A stretch of 64,000 bases of DNA, taken from an uncultured cyanobacterium. Lineage in GTDB: Bacteria > Cyanobacteriota > Cyanobacteriia > Phormidesmidales > Phormidesmidaceae. The stretch spans positions 160,001 through 224,000 of the forward strand of contig CAWBZI010000005.1 of the NCBI GenBank assembly GCA_963793265.1, in the 5' to 3' direction. Position 1 is the stretch's first letter; the number at the start of each line of letters is the position of its first letter. Shown here one piece after another: positions 28,870 to 40,351 of this stretch. The notes beneath the pieces were generated by a model, which was not told the DNA's origin, did no database searches, and saw only the letters and a list, made by a program, of their open reading frames with translations. A program made the position numbers and the translations under genes.

Positions 28870-29031
28870 GGGACATGCGTCTAAATAAAGTACCGCTGAT
28901 AGCGCTGTTCATTGCCTCGGGCATAGCAGTGCTAAGCCCCTACAGAAATTGACGGTGACGTAGGGGCTTAGCACGCTATGCCCAGGGCAATATTTGTCGG
29001 TTTGCCGGTACTTTATTTGAGCGCAGCTCCC
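28870..29031. mobile_element. 162-bp MITE, copy 2 (inverted; TAA flanks)
   Basis: 28867-29035 is the exact reverse complement of 19480-19648. Confidence 0.88.
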
Positions 29032-29212
29032 TAATTGCAAAGACGGCTACGACGAAGAGGCGCGGAGTCGAGACTTTTATAAGTCGGGTGATGACAAAAT
29101 TGTTTTTTGTAAGGCGATCGCATCTCTACCATCAAACTGAGCAACGATAGCAATATCATTTACAATTAAGTCTCAGCATAGTATCGAATCAGTAAAGATA
29201 ACGCTTGCCACG

Positions 29213-29539
29213 ATGATTAAACTAGAACCTTTTATATATGAGCGACTGACTGCAAAACCAGCTCAAATCCGTGAGTTCTGTCAGCGCTGGAAAATCAATG
29301 AAATGGCGCTATTCGGTTCGGTTCTTCGGAGCGACTTTCGGTTAGACAGCGACATTGACGTTTTAGTTGATTTTGCTAAAAATGCTGAGTGGAACCTATT
29401 TGACTACGTTCATATGCAAGATAAGCTAGGCACTATCTTTAAGCGAAAAGTCGATATTGCAGAGGAACGCGGACTGACGAACCCTTACAGAAGACGTGCC
29501 ATTCTAAGCACTTGCCAAAGCATCTACACAGCCGAATAA
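29213..29539 (+). CDS. Minimal nucleotidyltransferase (MNT) antitoxin, no HEPN partner
   Basis: LFGSVLR.DF...SDIDVLV, RKVD, NPYRR. Confidence 0.9.
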   Translation: MIKLEPFIYERLTAKPAQIREFCQRWKINEMALFGSVLRSDFRLDSDIDVLVDFAKNAEWNLFDYVHMQDKLGTIFKRKVDIAEERGLTNPYRRRAILSTCQSIYTAE

Positions 29540-29676
29540 CGAGTGTGGCTTGATGAATTTTATTGTACCGATTCGTAGTGTGCTTAAAAAATACCGCTGC
29601 GGGTGCCGAGCACAATTGCAAAGAGCAACAGAGCGCTATAATCTTCAAGAACACAGCAAAACTTAAATAAACTCAC

Positions 29677-29877
29677 ATGAGCAATCTTCAGAAGATTGAG
29701 TCTGCCGTTAGTCAGCTTTCTTTAGACGAGCTAGCAACCTTCAGAGAGTGGTTTGCGAAGTTTGATGCAAAGCAGTGGGATCAGCAATTTGAGCAAGACG
29801 TTGCAGCAGGTCGGCTAGATAAACTAGCGGCAAAGGCAATTGAGCACCTAAAGCAAGGCCGCTGTACTGATTTGTAA
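29677..29877 (+). CDS. Small antitoxin-like protein
   Basis: IESAVSQL...FREWF...D...WDQQFEQD...GRLD.LA pattern of small TA antitoxins (from memory). Confidence 0.65.
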   Translation: MSNLQKIESAVSQLSLDELATFREWFAKFDAKQWDQQFEQDVAAGRLDKLAAKAIEHLKQGRCTDL

Positions 29878-29910
29878 GGTGCGTTTAGAAACGACGATAT
29901 CTCCTCTGCC

Positions 29911-30432
29911 TTACAGCTCCAAAGACATCCACTTAGCCTGCGACTGATAGCCAAGCTGCGTATACAAATTCATCGCCGCCTCGTTGTCTTCAAACACTTG
30001 CAGACTAATCTGCGTATACCCTGCCTGCTTCGCCCAACAGCGAGCATGATTCATCAGCGCCTTTGCCAGTCCCTTTTTCCGATGTGCAGGCGCAACATAT
30101 AGCAAAAAAACATACGCCTGCTTACCTCCCGTGCGCTGATCGATCGCTTCGCCCATCCACAAACAGCCTACCGGATCAAGGCCAGTATGAATGCCAGGAA
30201 GCCCAGCCGGTAGCGCAGTCGCTTTGTTGTCTATGAGCCACCAAAGTTTAGAAGTAGAAGACAGATGGCGCTGAACGGTGTCAGCTAAATGTGCGCCCGT
30301 GCTGGAAGAAGTGCCCGCCTTGCCCTCGTTCATATCGCGATAGGCCCGCTGCATAAACTTGACAAGGCGAGCCCTCTGTAAAGATGAGCCCGCCTCAATT
30401 CGATAGTTTTCAATTGGAAAAGGATCGGCCAC
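29911..30432 (-). CDS. GNAT N-acetyltransferase
   Basis: LYVAPAHRKKGLAKAL, N..A..LY..LGY. Confidence 0.92.
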   Translation of the reverse strand: MADPFPIENYRIEAGSSLQRARLVKFMQRAYRDMNEGKAGTSSSTGAHLADTVQRHLSSTSKLWWLIDNKATALPAGLPGIHTGLDPVGCLWMGEAIDQRTGGKQAYVFLLYVAPAHRKKGLAKALMNHARCWAKQAGYTQISLQVFEDNEAAMNLYTQLGYQSQAKWMSLEL

Positions 30433-30623
30433 TAGGAGAAGATAGTCGCTGAAGTAGCCAGAGAAGTAGTCGGTGAAGCAGGTAGTGCAGAGATGGGTTC
30501 TTCAATCGGGGCTGGGGCCATCATGTCGCTGGGTAGGAAAATGCGAGCGCTAACGGCCACTAAGGCCACCGCGAAGATAAGCACGATAAACAGCGGTGCA
30601 ATGTACTGGCGAAAGAAACCCAT
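30432..30623 (-). CDS. Small conserved cyanobacterial membrane protein
   Basis: FRQYIAP...SARIFLPSDM.APAP; single TM helix. Confidence 0.7.
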   Translation of the reverse strand: MGFFRQYIAPLFIVLIFAVALVAVSARIFLPSDMMAPAPIEEPISALPASPTTSLATSATIFS

Positions 30624-30671
30624 GGCAGTTAGTTAAAGTTGAGTGAGCGTTCTTATTATTCTATCGCCGTT

Positions 30672-32459
30672 TTAGCCATCTTCAGTGCCGGGCCTGCCGA
30701 CCGGGAAGTTGGGCCGCTTATTGAGCTGACGCAGCCAGTAGCCGCCTACCACGGCCATAATCAAAGACACCCAGGCCGTAACCTGTTGAAACAGCAGGAA
30801 TCCACCCACGGTAAACATTGAGCCAAAGAGCAGCAGTAGCGACGCCAGCACTTTTTGAATATCCAGCTTCAAATTTTGCGCAGGCAACAGCCCCGTGCGC
30901 TCCCTTTGCCGCTTCCAGCCAGCGCCACCCGGACGCACTTTCGTGTAAAAAGCATCCAGGGTTTCATCACTCTCCGGTGGCGTTATCAGCATTGCAACGA
31001 CCCAAAACACGCTCGTGATTAGAGAAGTTACTAGCAGCCTTTGCCCAAAGTTTTCAATCGTGAGCACGGGCACGACGCTGGTCAAAAAGCCCACAATGAA
31101 GCCGCCCAGCATCGCTGCTAGCTCAGCCGCCGCATTGATTCGCCACCAAAACCAGCGCAAAATCAGCACCAGTCCGGGGCCAGTACCAATCGCAATTACC
31201 AGGCGGAATACAGTGGCAACATCGGTCGCAATAAAAGCGGCCCCTGCACCTAAGATCGTAACTAAAATAGACGCAATTCGCGCGGCAAAAACGAGTTCAC
31301 CTTGGGTCGCGTTCGGACTGATAAATCGCCCGTATAGGTCGTTAGTAAGGTAAGAAGCGCCCCAGTTAATCAGCGTTGAAACCGTGCTCATGAAAGCCGC
31401 AACCAGAGAAGCGACCACTAAGCCAAGCAAAATCGGCGGCAAATAGTCGAGCATTAATAGCGGATAGCCCAGCTCGCGATCTTCTAGGTTGGGATAGATG
31501 ACCACCGCCGCCATTGCCACGATAATCCAGGGCCAAGTGCGAATGACGTAGTGCAAGATGTTAAAGAACCAAGCGGCCTTTTCTGCCTCCGCTTCCGTTT
31601 TAGAAGCCGCTAAGCGCTGCACAAATTCGCCGCCACCATCGCTCCGCCGGAACGACCACCACTGCAACAGAACGTAGGCCAAAAACGTACTTGAGGGAAT
31701 TCCGGCTAAAGCGCTCCACTCAATGCCGCCGTTAAAGCTCACGGGGATAAAGCTAAGCATGTCTGGATTAGTAGCAGCGGTGAACTGATCGACTAAGGGC
31801 CGCATTCCACCGACAGAGTTAACCGCAGCAACGGCCACAATAATCGCCCCAATCAGGGCCAGGAAAAACTGAAAAAAGTCAGTCGCCACCACGCCCCAAA
31901 GGCCGGAAAATCCGGCATACAGCAACACCAGCGCACTAATGCCGATCACGCTCCACAGCTTGAGATTGCCATCGCCAGGGTCTATGCCTACGCTCTCCCA
32001 CAGGTTCAGCGCGTCGATCACCTTCGTCATCGCCAGCATCGAATAGCCAATGCCGATGCAGTTGATCGGTACCGCGAACAAAAAGGCTTTTACCCCACGC
32101 AGCCATGCCGCCGTAGCGCCGCCGTAGCGCATTTCAGTGAGTTCAGCATCGGTGACGATCTCCGAGCGCCGCCACATTCGCGCGAATATATAGATCATGA
32201 CGACATGGGCTACGCCGAAACTCCACCATTCCCAGTTGCCTGCAATGCCGCGACTGCCGACGACGCCTGCAATATAGAGCGGGGTATCAATCGAGAACGT
32301 GGTTGCGGCCATACTTGTGCCCGCTAGCCACCAGGGGAGCGATCGCCCCGAAACGAAAAAATCCACCAGTCCCCCCGATGCTTTGCGAGACAGGTACACC
32401 CCCAAAATCATCGTGAACACAAGGTATGCAATCACAATTATCCAATCAACTCGTTCCAT
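30672..32459 (-). CDS. Sodium:solute symporter family protein
   Basis: FFVSGRSLPWWLAGTSMAATTF, AAFMST, LRWFWWRINA. Confidence 0.93.
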   Translation of the reverse strand: MERVDWIIVIAYLVFTMILGVYLSRKASGGLVDFFVSGRSLPWWLAGTSMAATTFSIDTPLYIAGVVGSRGIAGNWEWWSFGVAHVVMIYIFARMWRRSEIVTDAELTEMRYGGATAAWLRGVKAFLFAVPINCIGIGYSMLAMTKVIDALNLWESVGIDPGDGNLKLWSVIGISALVLLYAGFSGLWGVVATDFFQFFLALIGAIIVAVAAVNSVGGMRPLVDQFTAATNPDMLSFIPVSFNGGIEWSALAGIPSSTFLAYVLLQWWSFRRSDGGGEFVQRLAASKTEAEAEKAAWFFNILHYVIRTWPWIIVAMAAVVIYPNLEDRELGYPLLMLDYLPPILLGLVVASLVAAFMSTVSTLINWGASYLTNDLYGRFISPNATQGELVFAARIASILVTILGAGAAFIATDVATVFRLVIAIGTGPGLVLILRWFWWRINAAAELAAMLGGFIVGFLTSVVPVLTIENFGQRLLVTSLITSVFWVVAMLITPPESDETLDAFYTKVRPGGAGWKRQRERTGLLPAQNLKLDIQKVLASLLLLFGSMFTVGGFLLFQQVTAWVSLIMAVVGGYWLRQLNKRPNFPVGRPGTEDG

Positions 32460-32554
32460 AAGCGCGGCAGCAGCAATAAACACAATTAGTCGCTGCAATC
32501 ATGCCACGCTATCGCCCAGATTGGGGGTTCTGTAATGGCTCTTTAAAACCTGAC

Positions 32555-34267
32555 TCAAGTCTTCAACTGCCAGGTGCCTTCTTCGGTTAGGCGCAGCAGC
32601 GACTGGTGATACTGCGTTAAAGACTCTCGATGTCCCACACTGAGGTAGGCGACTTTGTTTTCTGTCAGCCGAGCATAAAGCTGTTCTTCATTCGTCTGAT
32701 CCAGCGCACTTGTTGCCTCATCTAAGAGCGTATAAGCAGGGCGATGCAACAGCACCCGAGCAAAGCTCAATCGCTGCTGTTCGCCTAAAGAAAGCACGTC
32801 ACTCCATTCTTCAACCGCATCGAAGCCATCTGAGCGATCTTCTAAGTTAGGAAGATTAACGGCTTTGAGGACATCTCTAAGCTGCTCGTCTTCAATATCG
32901 GTGTCCGTGTAGGGATAAAGAAGCTGTTGGCGTAAGCTGCCTAATACCATATAGGGCTTTTGGGGGAGAAACAACAGATTGGTAAGTTCGGGTCTTTGGA
33001 TAGTGCCTGCCCCTGAATTCCATAAGCCTGCGATCGCCCGCAACAAAGAACTCTTACCACACCCACTCGGCCCCATCACCAGCAGCGAACCGTCTGTATC
33101 TAACGTTAGCGACAGATCCTCTATCAACGTGCGCTGATAGTTCGGGGTCTGCAAAGTCAGATTTTGCAGCACTAGCTCAGGAGAAGTTTCAAGACTAATT
33201 GTCGAATGAACAGCCGTATCCTCAATCTGTTCTTCTTTAGAGATTTCTTTTTCAGAAGTTTCTTCAGTAATCGCATCCGAAAAGTCATACAGCCGGTCAA
33301 TGCCTGCACCAAACGCCGTCAGCGATTGTAGTCTGGCTACAACAACATTCAGCGAAAAGAAAACGCGAATAAACGCGCCCTGTGCCTCGCTTACCTTCCC
33401 TACTTCCACATCGCCGCCAAACACCCCCGGAGCCACCACAATTGCAGGCAGCACAAAGGGAATAAACTCGTAAAAGTTCGTAAGCCCATTCAGGCTTAAC
33501 TCCCAGGTGATGAGCCTTTTGTAGTTGTCAAACGCGGACATGAAGCGATTTTTGATTTGGCTCGATTCCTGGTCTTCGCCCTGATAGAACGCGATCGCCT
33601 CTGCATTCTCTCTTACTCTCACCAGACTAAATCGAAAGTTCGCCTCCTTCTTAAGCTGCTCAAAGTTCAGCCGCACCAAAGGTTTACCAAACACCCCAAC
33701 CGTCACCAGCGTACCAACTACCGCATACACCAGCAGGAATATCACCAGCTCCCGAGAAATTCCCCACAGTACGCCGCTGAAGGCAATCATAGAAAGAACA
33801 GATTCAACCACCACCAGCGCCAGTAACAAAGACTCTTGCGTAAAGCTTTTCACGTCCTCAGCAATTCGCTGGTCGGGGTTGTCAATATCAGGGCTGAACT
33901 GATTGATATTGTAAAAAGCGCGGTCGGTGAAGTAGCGGTCGACAAAGCTATCGGTGAGCCAGCGTCGCCAGGCTAGGGCGAGGCGATCGCGCAAAAACGT
34001 ATAGCCTGCTAGCAGCGGCGCATACACCACCAGCACCCCCAAAAAGATCGTTACCGTCTGCCAAAATCGCCCCTCATCCTTTGCAGAAAGCGCCGAAATC
34101 AGTGCGCCTCTTTGGTTGTTTAGCACCACGCTTAGCCCGGTGTAGGCCACCAGCGAGAAGGCAATCAGCAGCAGTGCGCCTCTGGCTTTCCACTTTTTAT
34201 CACCCGACCAAAAGGGTTGTGCGATCGCCCAAAACCGCCTAAACACCTTCAGATTAAATCGTTCCAT
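32555..34267 (-). CDS. ABC transporter fused permease/ATPase (ABCD/YddA-like)
   Basis: DNPDQRI, GPSGCGKSS, LSLGEQQRL, LDEATSALD, SVGHR. Confidence 0.93.
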   Translation of the reverse strand: MERFNLKVFRRFWAIAQPFWSGDKKWKARGALLLIAFSLVAYTGLSVVLNNQRGALISALSAKDEGRFWQTVTIFLGVLVVYAPLLAGYTFLRDRLALAWRRWLTDSFVDRYFTDRAFYNINQFSPDIDNPDQRIAEDVKSFTQESLLLALVVVESVLSMIAFSGVLWGISRELVIFLLVYAVVGTLVTVGVFGKPLVRLNFEQLKKEANFRFSLVRVRENAEAIAFYQGEDQESSQIKNRFMSAFDNYKRLITWELSLNGLTNFYEFIPFVLPAIVVAPGVFGGDVEVGKVSEAQGAFIRVFFSLNVVVARLQSLTAFGAGIDRLYDFSDAITEETSEKEISKEEQIEDTAVHSTISLETSPELVLQNLTLQTPNYQRTLIEDLSLTLDTDGSLLVMGPSGCGKSSLLRAIAGLWNSGAGTIQRPELTNLLFLPQKPYMVLGSLRQQLLYPYTDTDIEDEQLRDVLKAVNLPNLEDRSDGFDAVEEWSDVLSLGEQQRLSFARVLLHRPAYTLLDEATSALDQTNEEQLYARLTENKVAYLSVGHRESLTQYHQSLLRLTEEGTWQLKT

Positions 34268-34316
34268 AACTGGTCGCCGCTTCGCTTAAGTAGCCACCTT
34301 ACTACACCTCGTCTTC

Positions 34317-34697
34317 TCATTCCTCCTCAGCAAGGTCTGAGATCATCGTTTTAATGACTGATGAGAGTGCAGGAATATCGCGCTTGCAGATAGTAAATAC
34401 TTCTCCAGCGTCCAAATCGAAATAGTGGTGGGACAAAATATCTCGCATTCCTTTTGCCCCCTTCCAATCGACAGACGGATATTGCTTCAACAGTGCACCA
34501 TCCGTTTCGTAATCTATTTTTTTTAGATTTTCTCCGATAGCAATCAACATCATTCCAATGCTATCGAGCATATCTAATCCATGGTCACTACTAAGAAAGT
34601 CTTGTTCAGATCTAATGTTAGAGGCTCTACGAATGACCCGATGTAAAGCCTCATTAATCTGAACCAGCTTTTCGTAGGTGAGAGAAGGATTAGACAT
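34317..34697 (-). CDS. HEPN (DUF86) toxin
   Basis: IGE...W....GMRDILSHHY (RX4H motif). Confidence 0.9.
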   Translation of the reverse strand: MSNPSLTYEKLVQINEALHRVIRRASNIRSEQDFLSSDHGLDMLDSIGMMLIAIGENLKKIDYETDGALLKQYPSVDWKGAKGMRDILSHHYFDLDAGEVFTICKRDIPALSSVIKTMISDLAEEE

Positions 34698-34995
34698 ATA
34701 CGGCTTCTTTCTCAATTCTGGCCTTCAAATAAGTATTCATTTGTTCTCTATATCGAACTAAATCCACGCGCATATTCAGCGCTTCTTCCAGCGCCTCTTT
34801 GATATGCACAGCAGTAAATAAACTAGGTTCTTTCATCTCTATAACCACATCTATATCGCTCTCTGGCGTTGCTTCATTGCGTGCAACTGAGCCGAAAACA
34901 CCTAGATGAGTGACACCATATTTTTCTTCCAGCACAGGCTTCACGTCACGCAACACCTGCAGAACATGACTACGAACCGGCGCTAATTCCCTCAT
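34690..34995 (-). CDS. MNT nucleotidyltransferase antitoxin
   Basis: GVFGSVAR.E...SDIDV; overlaps the HEPN gene start. Confidence 0.9.
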   Translation of the reverse strand: MRELAPVRSHVLQVLRDVKPVLEEKYGVTHLGVFGSVARNEATPESDIDVVIEMKEPSLFTAVHIKEALEEALNMRVDLVRYREQMNTYLKARIEKEAVYV

Positions 34996-35069
34996 ATTTT
35001 CCCCATCGTCTTTCAGATGCATCGATCGTACCTGTTTTTACAAGTAGCGAAGGCATATCAATACGTCAG

Positions 35070-35837
35070 CTAAAAATAGCCGTCCTGCTCAATCTCCTCA
35101 ATCACCTGCAATCCCCGCGAGTCACCCACGCTCAAAATCGCCGTCCGAGCGTCTTCCTTCACCCCAAACTCCTCATCTTCAGCAAACGCTTCGATCAGCG
35201 CATCAATTGCCGTTGCATATACAACGTTAGAAGGCAGCTCTGCGCAAATTTGCCCAATGGCCCAAGCGCAGTTACTCCGTACCGCCGACACCGGATCTCT
35301 TCTGAGCCCGCCAATCAGCGAGGGCGTCGATTTGATCATGGCCTCGTAGCCTATCTTTGGCGTTTGGCCCAAGGCACTCGCGGCCCACAGGCGCACTGCC
35401 GAAATATCGTTCTTAAGAGCATCCACCAGGGTGCCGATGGCTCTGGCATCGCAGATGTTGCCCAAAGCCCAAATAATGCCTTTGCGCGCGTAGCCGTTCC
35501 AGTCTCGGTTGAACTGGGCAATGAGAGGCTCTACGGCGATGGGGCTGACGTTGCGGCCCAGTGCGTAGGCGGTGCTCACGCGCACGATGGGGCAAGGGTC
35601 GGCCAGCATTCCAATGAGAAAAGGGATGGCGCGGGGGTCTTCGATTTCGGAGAAGGCGCGGGCTCCGAGGATGCGCTGATCCTTGTCGGGGTGGTGGAGG
35701 AGCAGCAGCATGTTGTCTGGATTGGGTTTGGGGGTGTCGTCTTCCCCGATTGGCGCAATGTCATCTAGCGGGTCAAAGGGGCTTTCGCGCCCGACCTCTG
35801 CATCTAATACTGCTAGCTCGTCTTCGTATATATCCAC
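35070..35837 (-). CDS. HEAT-repeat (PBS-lyase-like) protein
   Basis: Repeated D...VR...A.ALG units. GTG 35837 preferred; the longer track ORF just reads through a palindromic repeat. Confidence 0.85.
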   Translation of the reverse strand: MDIYEDELAVLDAEVGRESPFDPLDDIAPIGEDDTPKPNPDNMLLLLHHPDKDQRILGARAFSEIEDPRAIPFLIGMLADPCPIVRVSTAYALGRNVSPIAVEPLIAQFNRDWNGYARKGIIWALGNICDARAIGTLVDALKNDISAVRLWAASALGQTPKIGYEAMIKSTPSLIGGLRRDPVSAVRSNCAWAIGQICAELPSNVVYATAIDALIEAFAEDEEFGVKEDARTAILSVGDSRGLQVIEEIEQDGYF

Positions 35838-35871
35838 TGCGATGCCGTTTTGTATGGTGTGGATGTCGGAG

Positions 35872-35983
35872 GCCCTCACCCCCAACCCCTCTCCCAGGAG
35901 GAGAGGGGAGCTAGAGGCCAGATTCATGTCCCCTCTTTCATGTCCCCCTTCTCCCTGGGGAGAAGGGGCTAGGGGATGAGGGC
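35872..35983. repeat. REP-like palindromic intergenic element
   Basis: GCCCTCACCCCCAACCCCTCTCCC...CCCCTTCTCCCTGGGGAGAAGGGGCTAGGGGATGAGGGC, nested inverted repeats. Confidence 0.8.
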
Positions 35984-35991
35984 TCTTGCTT

Positions 35992-37293
35992 CTATATCTC
36001 AGCAAACACCCGCCGCGCTGCCGCAATCGTCTCTTCTACGTCCTCATCGGTATGCGCTAAAGACGTGAAGCCTGCTTCAAACTGCGAAGGAGCCAGGTAA
36101 ATACCGTTCTCTAACATGCCACGGTGGAAGCGGCTGAACTTTTCAAGGTCAGACTTTTTCGCATCGTCGTAGTTATGAACTTCGTCGCCAGTAAAGAACA
36201 TGCCGAACATGGCGCTGATGCTGCCGCCGCTGACTTCATGTCCAGCGTCGCGAGCCGCTTGCAAAAGACCTTCGCTGAGCTTCTTAGTAATGCGCTCTAG
36301 CTGATCGTAAGCGCCGGGGCGACGTAGAATTTCTAGCGTTTTGATGCCTGCGGTCATGGCCAACGGATTGCCTGAGAGCGTACCAGCCTGGTATACAGGG
36401 CCAGCGGGCGCGACCATTTCCATAATCTCGCGCTTACCGCCATAGGCACCTACCGGCAAGCCGCCGCCGATGACTTTACCCATCGTGGTCAAATCAGGCG
36501 TGACGTTAAACCGCTGCTGAGCGCCACCGTAAGAGATGCGGAAGCCGGTCATTACTTCGTCAAAGACGAGCAGGGCGTCATTGTCTTTAGTGATTTCGCG
36601 CAAGCCTTCAAGGAAGCCGACATCGGGGGTGACAAAGCCGGAGTTACCGACGACGGGCTCTAGGATGACGCCGGAGATTTCGCCGGGGTTTTCAGCAAAT
36701 AGCTTTTTGACGGCTTCTAAGTCGTTGTAAGGGGCGTTTAGGGTATCGGCGGTGGCGGCTTTGGGGACGCCGGGGGAGTCGGGGAGGCCGAGGGTGGCGA
36801 CGCCGGAGCCTGCTTTGACCAGGAACATGTCGGCGTGGCCGTGGTAGCAGCCTTCAAACTTGATGATTTTGTTGCGTCCGGTGAAGGCTCGCATCAGGCG
36901 CAGAACGGCCATGCAGGCTTCGGTGCCGGAGTTGACGAAGCGCACCATTTCGACGCTGGGGACGGCTTCGATGACCATTTCGGCCAGGACGTTTTCGAGG
37001 TAGCAGGGTGCGCCAAAGCTAGTGCCTTTGTCGAGGGCTTTGTGCAGGGCTTCGAGTACTTCGGGGTGGGCGTGGCCGCAAATGGCAGGCCCCCAAGTGC
37101 CTACGTAGTCGATGTATTCGTTGCCGTCTACGTCCCAAACGTGGGAGCCTTTGACGCGATCAAACACAATGGGCTGGCCGCCGACTGAGCGGAAGGCGCG
37201 GACAGGAGAGCTGACGCCGCCGGGCATGAGGGACTGGGCCGCTGAAAAAATCTCGTCTGATTTGGTGGTTCTTAAGGTCGTGGTAGTTACCAA
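35992..37293 (-). CDS. hemL: Glutamate-1-semialdehyde 2,1-aminomutase
   Basis: [35 protein letters not shown]. Confidence 0.97.
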   Translation of the reverse strand: MVTTTTLRTTKSDEIFSAAQSLMPGGVSSPVRAFRSVGGQPIVFDRVKGSHVWDVDGNEYIDYVGTWGPAICGHAHPEVLEALHKALDKGTSFGAPCYLENVLAEMVIEAVPSVEMVRFVNSGTEACMAVLRLMRAFTGRNKIIKFEGCYHGHADMFLVKAGSGVATLGLPDSPGVPKAATADTLNAPYNDLEAVKKLFAENPGEISGVILEPVVGNSGFVTPDVGFLEGLREITKDNDALLVFDEVMTGFRISYGGAQQRFNVTPDLTTMGKVIGGGLPVGAYGGKREIMEMVAPAGPVYQAGTLSGNPLAMTAGIKTLEILRRPGAYDQLERITKKLSEGLLQAARDAGHEVSGGSISAMFGMFFTGDEVHNYDDAKKSDLEKFSRFHRGMLENGIYLAPSQFEAGFTSLAHTDEDVEETIAAARRVFAEI

Positions 37294-37520
37294 AACGCGC
37301 TCCTTGCTTTGCAGTGAAAAAGAGTGATGGGGCTGCTGACTGGTTGCAGACTGCTGAGACTTTTAATGAGAGATGACTTTGCAATTGTTTGCAGTGTTTT
37401 TTATCGTAGCGGTTTGGGCTACTTTTTTGTTTTGCCGTGTTAAGGAATGTGTGGTTCGATTTCGCTTAAGTAACGAGGATTGCGATTATTGACTACTACT
37501 GTACGCACTGCTTCGATTTT

Positions 37521-38153
37521 ATGAATCCTATTCCTGTTGACGATATTCGCTTTAATGAGCAGGGATTGGTGCCTGCGATCGCCCAAGACCACCTAGACGG
37601 CACCGTACTAATGATGGCCTGGATGAACGCCGAGGCGCTGCAAAAAACCATGGACACTCACGAAGTTTGGTACTGGAGCCGTTCTAGACAGGAGCTTTGG
37701 CACAAAGGGGCCACATCGGGCCACATTCAAAAGGTGCGCGGCCTGCGGTATGACTGCGATAGTGATGCGCTGCTGGTGACGGTTGAGCAAATGGGCGATG
37801 TGGCCTGTCATACCGGGGAGCGGAGCTGTTTTCATCAGGTGGCAAGCGGTGACGGGGTGCAGATAGTTGCCCCGCCTGCCGATACGCTCTCACAGGTGTA
37901 TGGGGTGATTCGCGATCGCAAGCTAAACCCGCAGCCCAACTCCTACACCAACAAGCTCTTTGCAGGCGGTGATAACAAAATCTTGCAAAAAATAGGCGAA
38001 GAAGCGGTTGAAGTCGTGATGGCCTGTAAAGATGACGAGCCGGATGAGATCGCCGGAGAAGTCGCTGATCTGCTGTATCACACGCTTGTGGCGCTAGCGC
38101 ATCATGATGTAGATATTAAGGCCGTGTACCAAAAGCTGCAATCTCGGCGATAA
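37521..38153 (+). CDS. hisIE: Bifunctional phosphoribosyl-AMP cyclohydrolase / phosphoribosyl-ATP diphosphatase
   Basis: [36 protein letters not shown]. Confidence 0.97.
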   Translation: MNPIPVDDIRFNEQGLVPAIAQDHLDGTVLMMAWMNAEALQKTMDTHEVWYWSRSRQELWHKGATSGHIQKVRGLRYDCDSDALLVTVEQMGDVACHTGERSCFHQVASGDGVQIVAPPADTLSQVYGVIRDRKLNPQPNSYTNKLFAGGDNKILQKIGEEAVEVVMACKDDEPDEIAGEVADLLYHTLVALAHHDVDIKAVYQKLQSRR

Positions 38154-38190
38154 CCGGCTATATTCTTTGATAATACAGATGAACTATTGA

Positions 38191-40272
<2,082 letters not shown>

Positions 40273-40351
40273 CTGAAAAGCTAATTTCCCATAGCCGCTA
40301 CTCCCTGAGACTACCTGTGTAGGTAACTGCTAACGCGGCAACCGTTGGCCT

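Noticed and set aside
19481..29034. Proven composite transposon
   Set aside because: The outer flanks TTA and TAA are not a direct repeat, each MITE has its own duplication, and no transposase is present.
14340..29100. Integrative element or prophage at tRNA-Arg
   Set aside because: No integrase, phage genes or duplicated tRNA 3' end (att site) were found.
35838..36026. N-terminal extension of the HEAT protein
   Set aside because: It is the translation of the REP-like palindrome and overlaps hemL.
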